A stretch of 64,000 nt of DNA from Parachlamydiales bacterium (GTDB lineage: Bacteria > Chlamydiota > Chlamydiia > Chlamydiales > JAJFMK01): the NCBI GenBank assembly GCA_963704365.1, contig OY969899.1, positions 792,121 through 856,120 of the forward strand. The letters are read 5' to 3'. This document shows positions 27,105-35,903 of this stretch, piece after piece. The first letter of the stretch is position 1. The number at the start of each line of letters is the position of its first letter. A model generated the notes under the pieces. The model was not told the DNA's origin. It saw only the letters and a program-made list of their open reading frames with translations, and did no database searches. The position numbers were made by a program, and so were the translations under genes.

Positions 27105-27982
27105 TCCAATGGTTGATATTCCTTACATTTTTTTTACCGCCCCCTCCCCTCCCCTCGCAAAAGCCTTTGGATCAAACCCCCTACGTCAAAGGGGTTCTCC
27201 ACAACCAACTGGGTAACCAGATGTTTGAAATCGCAGCCACACTTAGCCTTGCCTCGGACAATGGGGCTGTCGCCCTTTTTCCAGACCTATTAAATGACAA
27301 CAAAGTGAACTGGTGGAAATTCACCACGAATCACCGTTATGTTTTTTGGAGATTGAATACTAACCAACCCAAACGGCCTCCAAACTATATCCATAACTAC
27401 CACGAGATGCCCTACCAAGAAGTCCCCTATGTTCCTGACATGGAACTTTCTGGAGGTTTTCAATCGGAAAAATATTTTGCCCACCATAGAGAGGAGATTT
27501 TAGAGCTCTTCAGTCCTCATGAAAGTTTAGTGAAATATATTGAACGTAAATTTCCTTGGTTACAGGGAGACAAAACGGTAGCTGTCCACGTGAGATGTTA
27601 CTGGCCAAACTTTCCTGGAGGTTGGCCTGATGGGCAGGGAGTACTTCCATCCCTTCCTCCTGAATGGTTTGAAAGGGCCATTTTACAATTCCCCTCCGAC
27701 CATCTTTTCGTTGTGTTTTCGAACAATATTCCCTGGTGCAAACAACACTTAGGGCATATCAAAAGGAAACTTGTTTTTGTTGAAGGTCAACCCCACTTTG
27801 TTGATTTGTTTGCGATGAGCCTGTGCAAACATAACATCATCTCAAACTCTTCTTTTTCATGGTGGTCAGCCTACATGAACAAGAACCCCTCCAAAGTTGT
27901 CATTGGACCAAGAATTTGGTTCACAGAAGAGTCAGGGCTAAACAGTTCCGACATCATGCCGGACAGTTGGATAGTCATGTGA
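27101..27982 (+). CDS. GT11-like alpha-1,2-fucosyltransferase family protein
   Basis: LGNQMFEIA, AVHVR and IISNSSFSWWSAYMN match the conserved GT11 motifs. ATGA overlap with the GT92 gene. Confidence 0.75.
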   Translation: MIQWLIFLTFFLPPPPLPSQKPLDQTPYVKGVLHNQLGNQMFEIAATLSLASDNGAVALFPDLLNDNKVNWWKFTTNHRYVFWRLNTNQPKRPPNYIHNYHEMPYQEVPYVPDMELSGGFQSEKYFAHHREEILELFSPHESLVKYIERKFPWLQGDKTVAVHVRCYWPNFPGGWPDGQGVLPSLPPEWFERAILQFPSDHLFVVFSNNIPWCKQHLGHIKRKLVFVEGQPHFVDLFAMSLCKHNIISNSSFSWWSAYMNKNPSKVVIGPRIWFTEESGLNSSDIMPDSWIVM

Positions 27983-27989
27983 TTTTAAG

Positions 27990-28235
27990 ATTCATCACGA
28001 AGAAAAATAAGTTTTTATTTCTCAGCAGAATGCGAAGTGGTTTAAACTTATAATTCATCACGAAGAACACGAAGGTAACTTACTTTCTTAGTATCGAAGA
28101 ATTTTTTCTCTTTTTAAGAAAGAAAAGAGATTTCTTTTGTTAAAGAGCTAGTTACCTTCGTGTCTTCATCTCTTCGTGTTCTTCGTGATGAATCTGCAAA
28201 ATTCTCATAACAAAAAGTTATTCTTCGTGATGAAT
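27990..28235. repeat. compound nested inverted repeat (hairpin locus B, cttcgtg-type units)
   Basis: attcatcacgaaga at 27990 and 28053 (extended to ..acacgaaggtaac). Reverse complements at 28151-28193 and 28221-28235. The arm contains the 9-nt units ctcttcgtg and ttcttcgtg. Confidence 0.8.
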
Positions 28236-28245
28236 CTTCAAAAGC

Positions 28246-28446
28246 TCAATAGCCGTAGGGGCCTGGTCGTTGTGCTTGTGGCACAACCGCTTTACTTGGC
28301 GGTGTGGCTGGCGTTGGGAAGATGCTGTCGTCTGGATTAATACCAGGCATAGAGTAATCTTCGTTTCCAGGGTTTTGTCCAGGCATGTCAACTGCTTCTG
28401 CAAAGAGAAGCGGGCACGAGAACAATAGGATAGCAAATGCTTTCAT
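28246..28446 (-). CDS. small secreted P/G-rich protein
   Basis: MKAFAILLFSCPLLFAEA signal peptide. The ATG overlaps the amidohydrolase TGA (ATGA). Confidence 0.5.
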   Translation of the reverse strand: MKAFAILLFSCPLLFAEAVDMPGQNPGNEDYSMPGINPDDSIFPTPATPPSKAVVPQAQRPGPYGY

Positions 28447-29648
28447 AAGGGTACTTTCTTTCCGCTGATCCAAGTACTCATCACCTGGATATTTTTTACT
28501 TTGAGTGGATCTAATTTTTGGGGATTTTGGCTTAACAAAACGAAGTCAGCCTGTTTGCCTACTTCGATACTACCAAGTTCTTTTTCCCTGAAGGTCTGCC
28601 AAGCGGCGTTAAGTGTCATAGCTTTGATGGCATCATCAACAGTTAACCTCTCGTCTAGGTTGGAACGACTTCTTCCTAATGTCTCCTGAACGGATGCAAT
28701 CTCTAAAAGCAAAAGAGGGTGGCACGATGAAGAAGTGACATCATCATTGAAGGTAAATTTTAACCCCAGTTTCTTTGCCTTGGCAGCTGCATCGATCTGT
28801 TCGATACGTGGCTCGCACAACAATCTCTCTTTACAAGCCATTTCCCAATAAAAGACGTGTTGATTGGTGAGAGTGGGGGCAACTTTAAGAACCTGCATCT
28901 TCTCTAACAACTTTTCATCAGTTATTGAAGCGTTTTCCACTAAATAACGGTGATCTTCTTTAGGATATTGCTGGAGGGCATTTTCGTATGCTATTAAAGC
29001 ACTCTTCACCCCTTCGTCTCCTTTAGCATCTAATACAATCTGCAGATTGAGTTTACGGGCTTCCAAGACAAGACTATTCAATAAGGGCTGATCACACACG
29101 ATTTTCACTCCGAGTATGCGGAATCGGTCATCGTTATCTTTTTGCAAATCTGGTAGCTCTTTGATCCTTTCAAATGGAAGGTACCCCTGCAACCTTATAG
29201 GTGCATTTTCCCCTTTTGCAATTTCCAGTAAAGGATCGAGCGACCCTTTGATAGCCAAATCTGTGACTGTGGTAAACCCATTTTTGGCATATCTTTGGGC
29301 AAGCTGTTCAGCCTCTTCTTTGGTAAAGGGATCGAGTTGTTCCGTGTAATGTTTGAAAGCAATAAAGCCTGGAAGGAGAGTACACCCCTTTAAATCGACT
29401 AATTCGGTCTGCTCCCCTTTCCACTTCATCGCATCGGACTTTTTTCCAACGGAGAGTATTTTCCCATTACGAACAGCGACACTCTCAGCAGTTGGATTAG
29501 ATGGATTGACGGTGAGGATATCCCCACCAAAAAAAATCGTATCGGCCCGATCAGTTACCTCAGCCCCTAAAAAGGAAAAGGCACTGATGAAAATAAAGAA
29601 GCGGAATAGATGAGAGCACATAAAGTTCTCATTTATCAAATCCTCCAA
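28443..29648 (-). CDS. amidohydrolase-family (Amidohydro_3-like) protein with signal peptide and a degenerate HxH motif
   Basis: The N-terminal beta-sandwich pattern GGDILTV..AESVAVRNGKILSVG..LVDLKGCTLLPGFI is typical. The expected D-x-H-x-H that follows reads AFKHY. Confidence 0.8.
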   Translation of the reverse strand: MEDLINENFMCSHLFRFFIFISAFSFLGAEVTDRADTIFFGGDILTVNPSNPTAESVAVRNGKILSVGKKSDAMKWKGEQTELVDLKGCTLLPGFIAFKHYTEQLDPFTKEEAEQLAQRYAKNGFTTVTDLAIKGSLDPLLEIAKGENAPIRLQGYLPFERIKELPDLQKDNDDRFRILGVKIVCDQPLLNSLVLEARKLNLQIVLDAKGDEGVKSALIAYENALQQYPKEDHRYLVENASITDEKLLEKMQVLKVAPTLTNQHVFYWEMACKERLLCEPRIEQIDAAAKAKKLGLKFTFNDDVTSSSCHPLLLLEIASVQETLGRSRSNLDERLTVDDAIKAMTLNAAWQTFREKELGSIEVGKQADFVLLSQNPQKLDPLKVKNIQVMSTWISGKKVPL

Positions 29649-29723
29649 TTCTAGGAAAGCTATTACGTATACTTAATTAGTGAAATCTTTTAATATACTA
29701 AATATTTTCAATTGGATTTTTTT

Positions 29724-31313
29724 ATGACACAGTCTGCCCAAAGTTCAACATCGGCACCAAGTCAGGCATCCATTGCCACATCAGCAAAGCCTTCTTTGGC
29801 CCTAAATGTTGCTACCCCGCAACAACTTTTTAAAGAGGTCTGTGCCCAATGTCATCAAAAAGAGGCTACATTCCGTTGTGGTAGCTGTACGATAGTCTGG
29901 TACTGTGGAAAAGAATGCCAAAAAGCGGCATGGGCAACGCACAAAGCGGCCTGCTTTTCTTTTAGTGGATTAGGAGTCACAAGAGAGGATTTTAATCGGT
30001 TGATTGCTCCCCTTCCTAAGGACTCCGAAGTTGTTTGTGAATTCATAGATCGGGAAGGGCATGTCACCCCTTTAACTCAAAAAGCATTTCAAGAAAAAAC
30101 AGGGGCCTCTTTTGCACCCTATTTCCATGCTTCAGCCAACGCTTTCCGTCATTGGAAAGAGCTTGCAAGCAGCGACGTGGATACTGGGGCCATTCCCCCC
30201 TCCATGTTACCTGACCAGCAAGCGATTGAAAGGTTTGAAAAATCGCCTCCAGAACTTGTCCTAAAAGAAGAGCCACTCTTCGGTGGTTTTGGCGTGGCTG
30301 TAAAAAAAGCCGTTAAAAAAGGGGAAATTATTTCCCTTTACACAGGTGAAATCACCCCGAAAAACCAACCAAAATCTTTCAAATCGACCCTCTACACCAT
30401 GAGAACTGTCGACGGGTCAGCGACAACTGGCTTAGCCGCTTTCATCAATGATGGTCCTCCAAATTGCTGGTTGACTCCCCTCCAAGATTATAAAGGGATT
30501 CGCCAAGTCCCTGCCGTTATAGCCACAAGAGACCTAAGGGAGGGGGAAACGCTTTGGACTCCCTATGGGCTTGAGCACCCTTTACACTACGCAGGCTATA
30601 GGGTTGATCCAAACAAATACCAAGAATTAAGCCGCTATTGTAAGTCTGCTAGGTTTTATAACAAGCCATCTGACCTAGAGGAAATGGCCAATTTCTTTTA
30701 CACCATCACCACATTGAGCCTTTTTCTCCGACTCCTCCTGGACGGATCGCTCAATATTCTTAAAGCTGAAGAGATAGTTAATAAATTCCCCAAAAGTTCA
30801 GATGAAGGGGCAAAAAAACTCGTCCAAGATCTTAACGATCTGATTCAACTTGCCAAGCATGTCTTATCTTTTGGAAACCCTCTCCTCAATCAGGCTGTTA
30901 TTGATGCGTTACTGACAGGTGTCCGTCTCTCTTCGCTCATCGAAATGTTAGATGTTTTAAAAACAGACCAGAAACTGACTGTGGAGAGGGTAAGGGACTA
31001 TAGAACGCTTGCAGAGTTGGGCGATCAAACCTATCTACTTGTCCATAGGACCCTTATTGGGAGTTACATTGGAAAGACAGATCCGATGCCCCCTTTCGAC
31101 ACAACTCAGATCAAAACTCTTTTTCCTCAGCTACCCTCCCATTTAAAACGGATCTATCTGAAGTCACTATCCGATTCTCATCAAATGAGTGTACAAAGGG
31201 GATGGACCCACGCCGCCGATCTCCTCCAGACACTATTAACCGACTTTAAACCTATTGCCATGGCACTTTTTAAGGAAACAATGAGAGACAGACTTCAAAC
31301 CGCTCCAAGTTAG
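29724..31313 (+). CDS. MYND zinc finger + SET domain protein (SMYD-like)
   Basis: CAQCHQKEATFRCGSCTIVWYCGKECQKAAWATHKAAC fits zf-MYND. GFGVAVKKAVKKGEIISLYTGEI, AAFINDGPPNCW and GETLWTPYG fit the SET N-, NHSxxPN- and C-motifs. Confidence 0.85.
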   Translation: MTQSAQSSTSAPSQASIATSAKPSLALNVATPQQLFKEVCAQCHQKEATFRCGSCTIVWYCGKECQKAAWATHKAACFSFSGLGVTREDFNRLIAPLPKDSEVVCEFIDREGHVTPLTQKAFQEKTGASFAPYFHASANAFRHWKELASSDVDTGAIPPSMLPDQQAIERFEKSPPELVLKEEPLFGGFGVAVKKAVKKGEIISLYTGEITPKNQPKSFKSTLYTMRTVDGSATTGLAAFINDGPPNCWLTPLQDYKGIRQVPAVIATRDLREGETLWTPYGLEHPLHYAGYRVDPNKYQELSRYCKSARFYNKPSDLEEMANFFYTITTLSLFLRLLLDGSLNILKAEEIVNKFPKSSDEGAKKLVQDLNDLIQLAKHVLSFGNPLLNQAVIDALLTGVRLSSLIEMLDVLKTDQKLTVERVRDYRTLAELGDQTYLLVHRTLIGSYIGKTDPMPPFDTTQIKTLFPQLPSHLKRIYLKSLSDSHQMSVQRGWTHAADLLQTLLTDFKPIAMALFKETMRDRLQTAPS

Positions 31314-31399
31314 GCACTTGAAGATCCGCGCTTTAGCATTTGGTGCGAAATTCTTGTTCATTCGCATTAAGCTAGGCGCAAAAATCGTCCTGTCAATAG

Positions 31400-31612
31400 G
31401 CCGAAGGCCTGGACTGCAATAGCCCCGGGCATCGCCCAGGGTCAAGGTGTAAAATATATTTGGCAGTCTGAATGACTGCAAGATCACCTTTTGGAAATAG
31501 CTAAAATGCTTTTTTACTTGCAGTCCTACAGACTGCCAATTTATTTTTTACACATAAACACGGGGCGTTGCCCGCGTGCTATTGCAATTTAGAGCCTTTC
31601 AGACTCGCTAAG
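31400..31612. repeat. ~210-bp imperfect palindrome (MITE-like)
   Basis: Inner arms 31446-31482 (ggtgtaaaatatatttggcagtctgaatgactgcaag) and 31517-31553 (cttgcagtcctacagactgccaatttattttttacac). Outer arms ctgcaatagccccgggcatcgcccaggg and cacggggcgttgcccgcgtgctattgcaa. Confidence 0.75.
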
Positions 31613-31749
31613 CAATTGAATTTAATACAGTTGCTGATAGAAAAGCATCCCTAGATTGATGCGTATGCCTGCATGTTCTGATATTTTTCTCGTTTAAAAG
31701 TGAAGATCTTACTGCTCAACATGCTGTAGTTGAAAAGTTTAGGAATGTC

Positions 31750-32079
31750 ATGGGCCATCTTGCCGACCCACCTCACGGGAAACTTAACTTTGTCATCGTC
31801 AATTACGATCAAGCTCTTGCTGTCAATGGAGCGACTAAGCAGAAAGTGGCTCAAGGGGAATTTGGGGGCAGTTATAGCATTGTGGGTGGATATGACAGAG
31901 AAAAAGAGATGGTTTTATTGCTCGACTTAGATAAAGCCTACAACGCTGACAGATCAACACCTGCCAAAAATAGCGGCATCTATTGGGTGCCACTCTCAGA
32001 CCTTGTCGATGCGATGAATACGCAAGATACCGATGCAAAGAAGAATCGTGGTTATCTTGCGTTTTCGATTACTACCTAG
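31750..32079 (+). pseudogene. phytochelatin-synthase-like (papain-fold) protein, C-terminal part only
   Basis: FVIVNYDQ..GGSYSIVGGYD..MVLLLDLDKAY....YWVPLSDLVDAMNTQD...NRGYL matches the C-terminal half of bacterial PCS-like proteins (GHFSPIGGY..LILDVARFKY..WV). The Cys-containing N-terminal half is absent and the palindrome lies upstream. Confidence 0.55.
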
Positions 32080-32977
32080 CTTCGTGAATCATCATCTCGT
32101 TGATCTCTTTGGAGTGGATGAACGCAATGTGTCCAAGCCCCCTGATCGTGATTTTCTGAATGTGACTTGCCGTAGTTGCCGGGTGTGCACGCTCGATCGG
32201 CCGAACCAACAGATCATTTTGAGTAGCCACATGGGTAAATTTGATACCGGTTTGTTTGACAACAGCTTGAGACAACTTGTCACTGCCGTTGCTTCCAGCT
32301 GGACTGATTGGTGATCCCAACGTCAAGACACTAGCAACTCTATCTTTTGTTTCAGCAGAAGCAAAAACAGTTGAAAGATATCCCCCCATCGAATGGCCAA
32401 TGATTTTAACTTTCTTCCCATGGTTTTTATGGATCTCTTCGATTTTCTTGTCGATTTTCCCAACAGCGGTCTCTTCTGATTGAAGAGGCGAGCCTAGGTC
32501 GATCACATAGATAGGACCAAGCCCCTCCTTTTCCATTTCTCGGATATGGTAGAACCAGCAAGAGGAGTTACCAGCAGCTCCGTGGACAAGTAGAATCGGA
32601 TCGCCATTTGATTGACCCCATACTTTATGGCTCAAAGTTAAGGGGGCTGCTAGCATCGCGATAAATAGAGTGATTAACTCCTTCCCTGCAGAGGCAGCAT
32701 GTTCACGAACGGCATCAAACGTCCAGGCTCTCACAGTGGTTGGAAAGGTCACAAGATGGTGTAAAATCCCAAGTCCTAACATCCCCACAGCAGCGGCAGT
32801 CATGGCCATCCCACCTAACAGAAACGCTGCCCCTTTGAGGACGCGGAATGGGAATTGCTGGGGCTCATTGATACGTTCCCAAACCTCAGCAGCTAAAGCT
32901 TTTCCCACATCTAAGGTTGGCCAGCCCATCTCTGGTATCGGTCTTTCTTGGGGTTGTCTTTGCACGCTTGCTGTCAT
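32072..32977 (-). CDS. alpha/beta-hydrolase (lipase/esterase-like) with N-terminal hydrophobic anchor
   Basis: ILLVHGAAGNSS and IIGHSMGGY (G-H-S-x-G nucleophile elbow). A long bilobed hydrophobic stretch AAFLLGGMAMTAAAVGMLGLGILHHL lies near the N-terminus. Confidence 0.8.
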   Translation of the reverse strand: MTASVQRQPQERPIPEMGWPTLDVGKALAAEVWERINEPQQFPFRVLKGAAFLLGGMAMTAAAVGMLGLGILHHLVTFPTTVRAWTFDAVREHAASAGKELITLFIAMLAAPLTLSHKVWGQSNGDPILLVHGAAGNSSCWFYHIREMEKEGLGPIYVIDLGSPLQSEETAVGKIDKKIEEIHKNHGKKVKIIGHSMGGYLSTVFASAETKDRVASVLTLGSPISPAGSNGSDKLSQAVVKQTGIKFTHVATQNDLLVRPIERAHPATTASHIQKITIRGLGHIAFIHSKEINEMMIHEAR

Positions 32978-33095
32978 GGTAAACTCCTAATAAAGAAATA
33001 TTTTAACAAACAAACATCAAGAATTCATAAAACAAGACTAATCCCCTTCTTAAAAAAATTGGATTGGAATAGATAGATAAAAAAGGGGTCAGTTC

Positions 33096-34052
33096 ATGAA
33101 GAATGTCATTTCAGAAGTTGTATTAGAAAGCACAACGGCGGAATTTATAGACAAGTTAAAAAGTGTGGGTGGGAAGCCCATCTATACGCTAAAGCCACAG
33201 GAAGCCCGTGCCCTTTTAGAAAAACTCCAATCTGAACCTGTCGACATGCCATCTGTTCAGAGGGAAGACCATACTTTGCCAGGTCCTAACGGCCCGATCT
33301 CCATCCAAATTGTACGGCCACAAGAGACAGATAAGTCCCATCTTCCCATCGTGATTTATATCCATGGAGGTGGTTGGATTTTAGGGAGCCAAAAGACACA
33401 CGAACGGCTAGTCGCTGAACTGGCGGTAGGATCCGATTCAGCCATTGTCTTTGTCAATTACACCCTTTCACCGGAGGCTAAGTTTCCCTCATCTATTGAA
33501 GAGGTCTTCAGCGCGACTAAATATGTTGTCGATCACGCTGACGAACTTGGCCTAGATGATAATCAACTTTCTGTCGTAGGAGACAGCGTCGGCGGCAATA
33601 TGGCTATTGCACTAACACAATTGACCCAAGGAAGTAAGGATGCCCCTACCATTAACCGGCTCGTCCTTTTTTATCCAGTGACAAGCGGCGAATTGAATAC
33701 CGAGTCCTATTCTCAATTTGCCGATGGACCCTGGCTCACAAAACCTGCTATGGAATGGTTTTGGAATGCTTATGAACCGGTCCTAGCGACAAGAAAGGAC
33801 CCCCTCCTTTCCCCTCTCAACGCTACCCTCGACCAGCTCAAATCTTTCCCACCTACCCTTTTGATTACGGTAAAAAATGATGTGTTGCGAGATGAGGGAC
33901 TTGCTTTCGGCTACAAATTAATTGAGGCTAAAGTGGCCGTAACATCCCTTTGTTTTGAAGGAACCATCCACGATTTTGTCATGCTCAATGCTCTAGCACA
34001 AACACCTGCTACTCGCGCTGCCATAGCCATGGCCAACCGATTTTTATCTTGA
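33096..34052 (+). CDS. alpha/beta hydrolase fold-3 esterase/lipase (HSL family)
   Basis: IYIHGGGWILG (HGGG oxyanion motif), VGDSVGGN (GDSxG) and the C-terminal D...H region. Confidence 0.9.
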   Translation: MKNVISEVVLESTTAEFIDKLKSVGGKPIYTLKPQEARALLEKLQSEPVDMPSVQREDHTLPGPNGPISIQIVRPQETDKSHLPIVIYIHGGGWILGSQKTHERLVAELAVGSDSAIVFVNYTLSPEAKFPSSIEEVFSATKYVVDHADELGLDDNQLSVVGDSVGGNMAIALTQLTQGSKDAPTINRLVLFYPVTSGELNTESYSQFADGPWLTKPAMEWFWNAYEPVLATRKDPLLSPLNATLDQLKSFPPTLLITVKNDVLRDEGLAFGYKLIEAKVAVTSLCFEGTIHDFVMLNALAQTPATRAAIAMANRFLS

Positions 34053-34148
34053 ATTGAGCCATAAAAATTCAATGAAATTTGTCTTTAATTTAGATTGCTG
34101 TTAATTTTTGTTACAAAACAAGTTGTAGATATGAGACCTCCGATCACC

Positions 34149-34257
34149 ATTAATTAAGGTTGCGCCCCCAAGCGTTCATTGGGTGTGACCTCTCTCTTCA
34201 CCGAGACGCGTCTAGTGCGATGATATTGCGTGCTACCCTGTTACCTTAATTTTTTTT
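34149..34257 (+). promoter_or_regulatory. candidate structured leader or terminator-like element upstream of the MFS gene
   Basis: ttaaggt (34153-34159) can pair with accttaa (34242-34248), enclosing GC-rich local hairpins (cccaa gcgttca ttggg). It is followed by T7, then GGAG and the probable GTG start at 34272. Confidence 0.3.
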
Positions 34258-35501
34258 CGGAGATTTTTCCGGTGTTTAAACCAAATTTTCTAATTATTTT
34301 ACTGATTGCTTTTGTAGATCACATGGGGATTGGCCTTGTCTATCCCATCTTTACAACGCTCCTTTTCGACACAAACTCTTCGATTTTGCCAGTTGACGCA
34401 AGTGCAAGCCTGCGTGGTGCTATGTTAGGCCTATTAATGGCCCTGACTCCCCTAGCTCAATTTTTTAGCTCATCCCTTTTAGGGGCTTTCTCTGACAGGA
34501 AGGGTCGACGGTTAGCCCTGACGATTGGGCTGACTGTAGGCGTTATTGGGTATCTGATTGCTGTACTGGGTATCTGGACAGAATCATTGCTCCTTTTACT
34601 GCTCTATAGAACTGCAGTGGGTTTATCTGATAGCACTGTGGCTGTCTGTCAAGCCTCTATCGCTGACATCAGCGATGAAGGGATACGGCCGAAAAGATTT
34701 GCTATTTTTGCCTCAAGCTTGGGCCTTGGCTTTACTGTTGGCCCTTTTGTGGGGGGAATCATGGCTGAAACTTTGGGCTATGTCACTCCTTTCATTGCAG
34801 CTGGCTCCCTCTCACTGTTGAACTTAATCCTCGTATCGTTCTTCTTTCCTGAAACAAGAAAAGTGGTCAAAGCTGAAAGCGAAACCCCCCCCTATCGTTT
34901 TTGGGAAAGCTTACAAAGTCTGCAAAAAGTTTTCTTCTGGCCCCACTTGAGATATTACTTTATAGGGGGGTTTGCGTTGAATTTTGGTTGGGCCTTTTTC
35001 AACGAGTTCTTCCCCATCTTACTGAGGAGTCAATTTAGCTTCTCCTTAACAGAAATCGGCTACTATTTTGCTGTCGGAGGCATCTGGTTTGCCTTAAGCT
35101 CTAGCATTGGGACAACCTATTTACTGAAGAAATTTACTCCAAAACTGCTTGTCATAATGGCTTTGATCGGTTGTTCTCTGTTCATGCTACTCCATCTCTT
35201 GCTCGTTGAAGGGATCTATATCTGGTGGATCTTGCCCCCTCTCATGTTCTTTCTGGCCATCGCTTTTCCAACATCTAGTGCAATCGTTTCAAACGAAGTG
35301 GATGATAGTCAGCAAGGTGAGGTGTTAGGAGTTTATCAGTCGATTCAATCGGCCGCTATGGGACTTAGCCCCCTTTTCGTTGGTTTTATCGTGGGCCCCT
35401 TCCCAGCGCTTGCCCCCCTCGGTGGCGGCCTGACAATGGCTCTTGCCTGCCTTGCTTTTTGGTATGCAACTAGAAGGATACCCGTAGAGGAGACTACTTA
35501 A
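34230..35501 (+). CDS. MFS transporter (drug/H+ antiporter-like)
   Basis: 12 hydrophobic segments with motif A-like GAFSDRKGRR. The probable true start is GTG 34272 (GGAG 9 nt upstream). Confidence 0.9.
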   Translation: MLPCYLNFFSEIFPVFKPNFLIILLIAFVDHMGIGLVYPIFTTLLFDTNSSILPVDASASLRGAMLGLLMALTPLAQFFSSSLLGAFSDRKGRRLALTIGLTVGVIGYLIAVLGIWTESLLLLLLYRTAVGLSDSTVAVCQASIADISDEGIRPKRFAIFASSLGLGFTVGPFVGGIMAETLGYVTPFIAAGSLSLLNLILVSFFFPETRKVVKAESETPPYRFWESLQSLQKVFFWPHLRYYFIGGFALNFGWAFFNEFFPILLRSQFSFSLTEIGYYFAVGGIWFALSSSIGTTYLLKKFTPKLLVIMALIGCSLFMLLHLLLVEGIYIWWILPPLMFFLAIAFPTSSAIVSNEVDDSQQGEVLGVYQSIQSAAMGLSPLFVGFIVGPFPALAPLGGGLTMALACLAFWYATRRIPVEETT

Positions 35502-35903
35502 CCTTTTATCCTTAGCCCGGCTTTTGTACAATTAGACGATTAATGAACCTAAAGAATCCTTTTGGAACGACTTAAACTAATCAGGTTGATCTTTAAATTG
35601 TCTTGACTTGCAGATGTTACTAAGTGCCTAACATACATGTTAGAGGCACCATGAAGATCTTTAAAACATTAAACGTAAGTATCTTGCTTGCAATTTGAGA
35701 TACAGCTTCCATGGCACCTAAATCAAAAAGCCGGGTGTTTATCGAATGGTCGATACCAAAAGACACAGCAGACCAGAGAGCTCAAGATGAGCTTTCTGAA
35801 GTGATGATCGCTCCAGAAGGGATCTACCATATCGCTTACACCGAAAAAGTACCTTCAATCAATCCAGATGTAAAAAAGATATGGATCCAGCGGCTTTCTG
35901 AAG

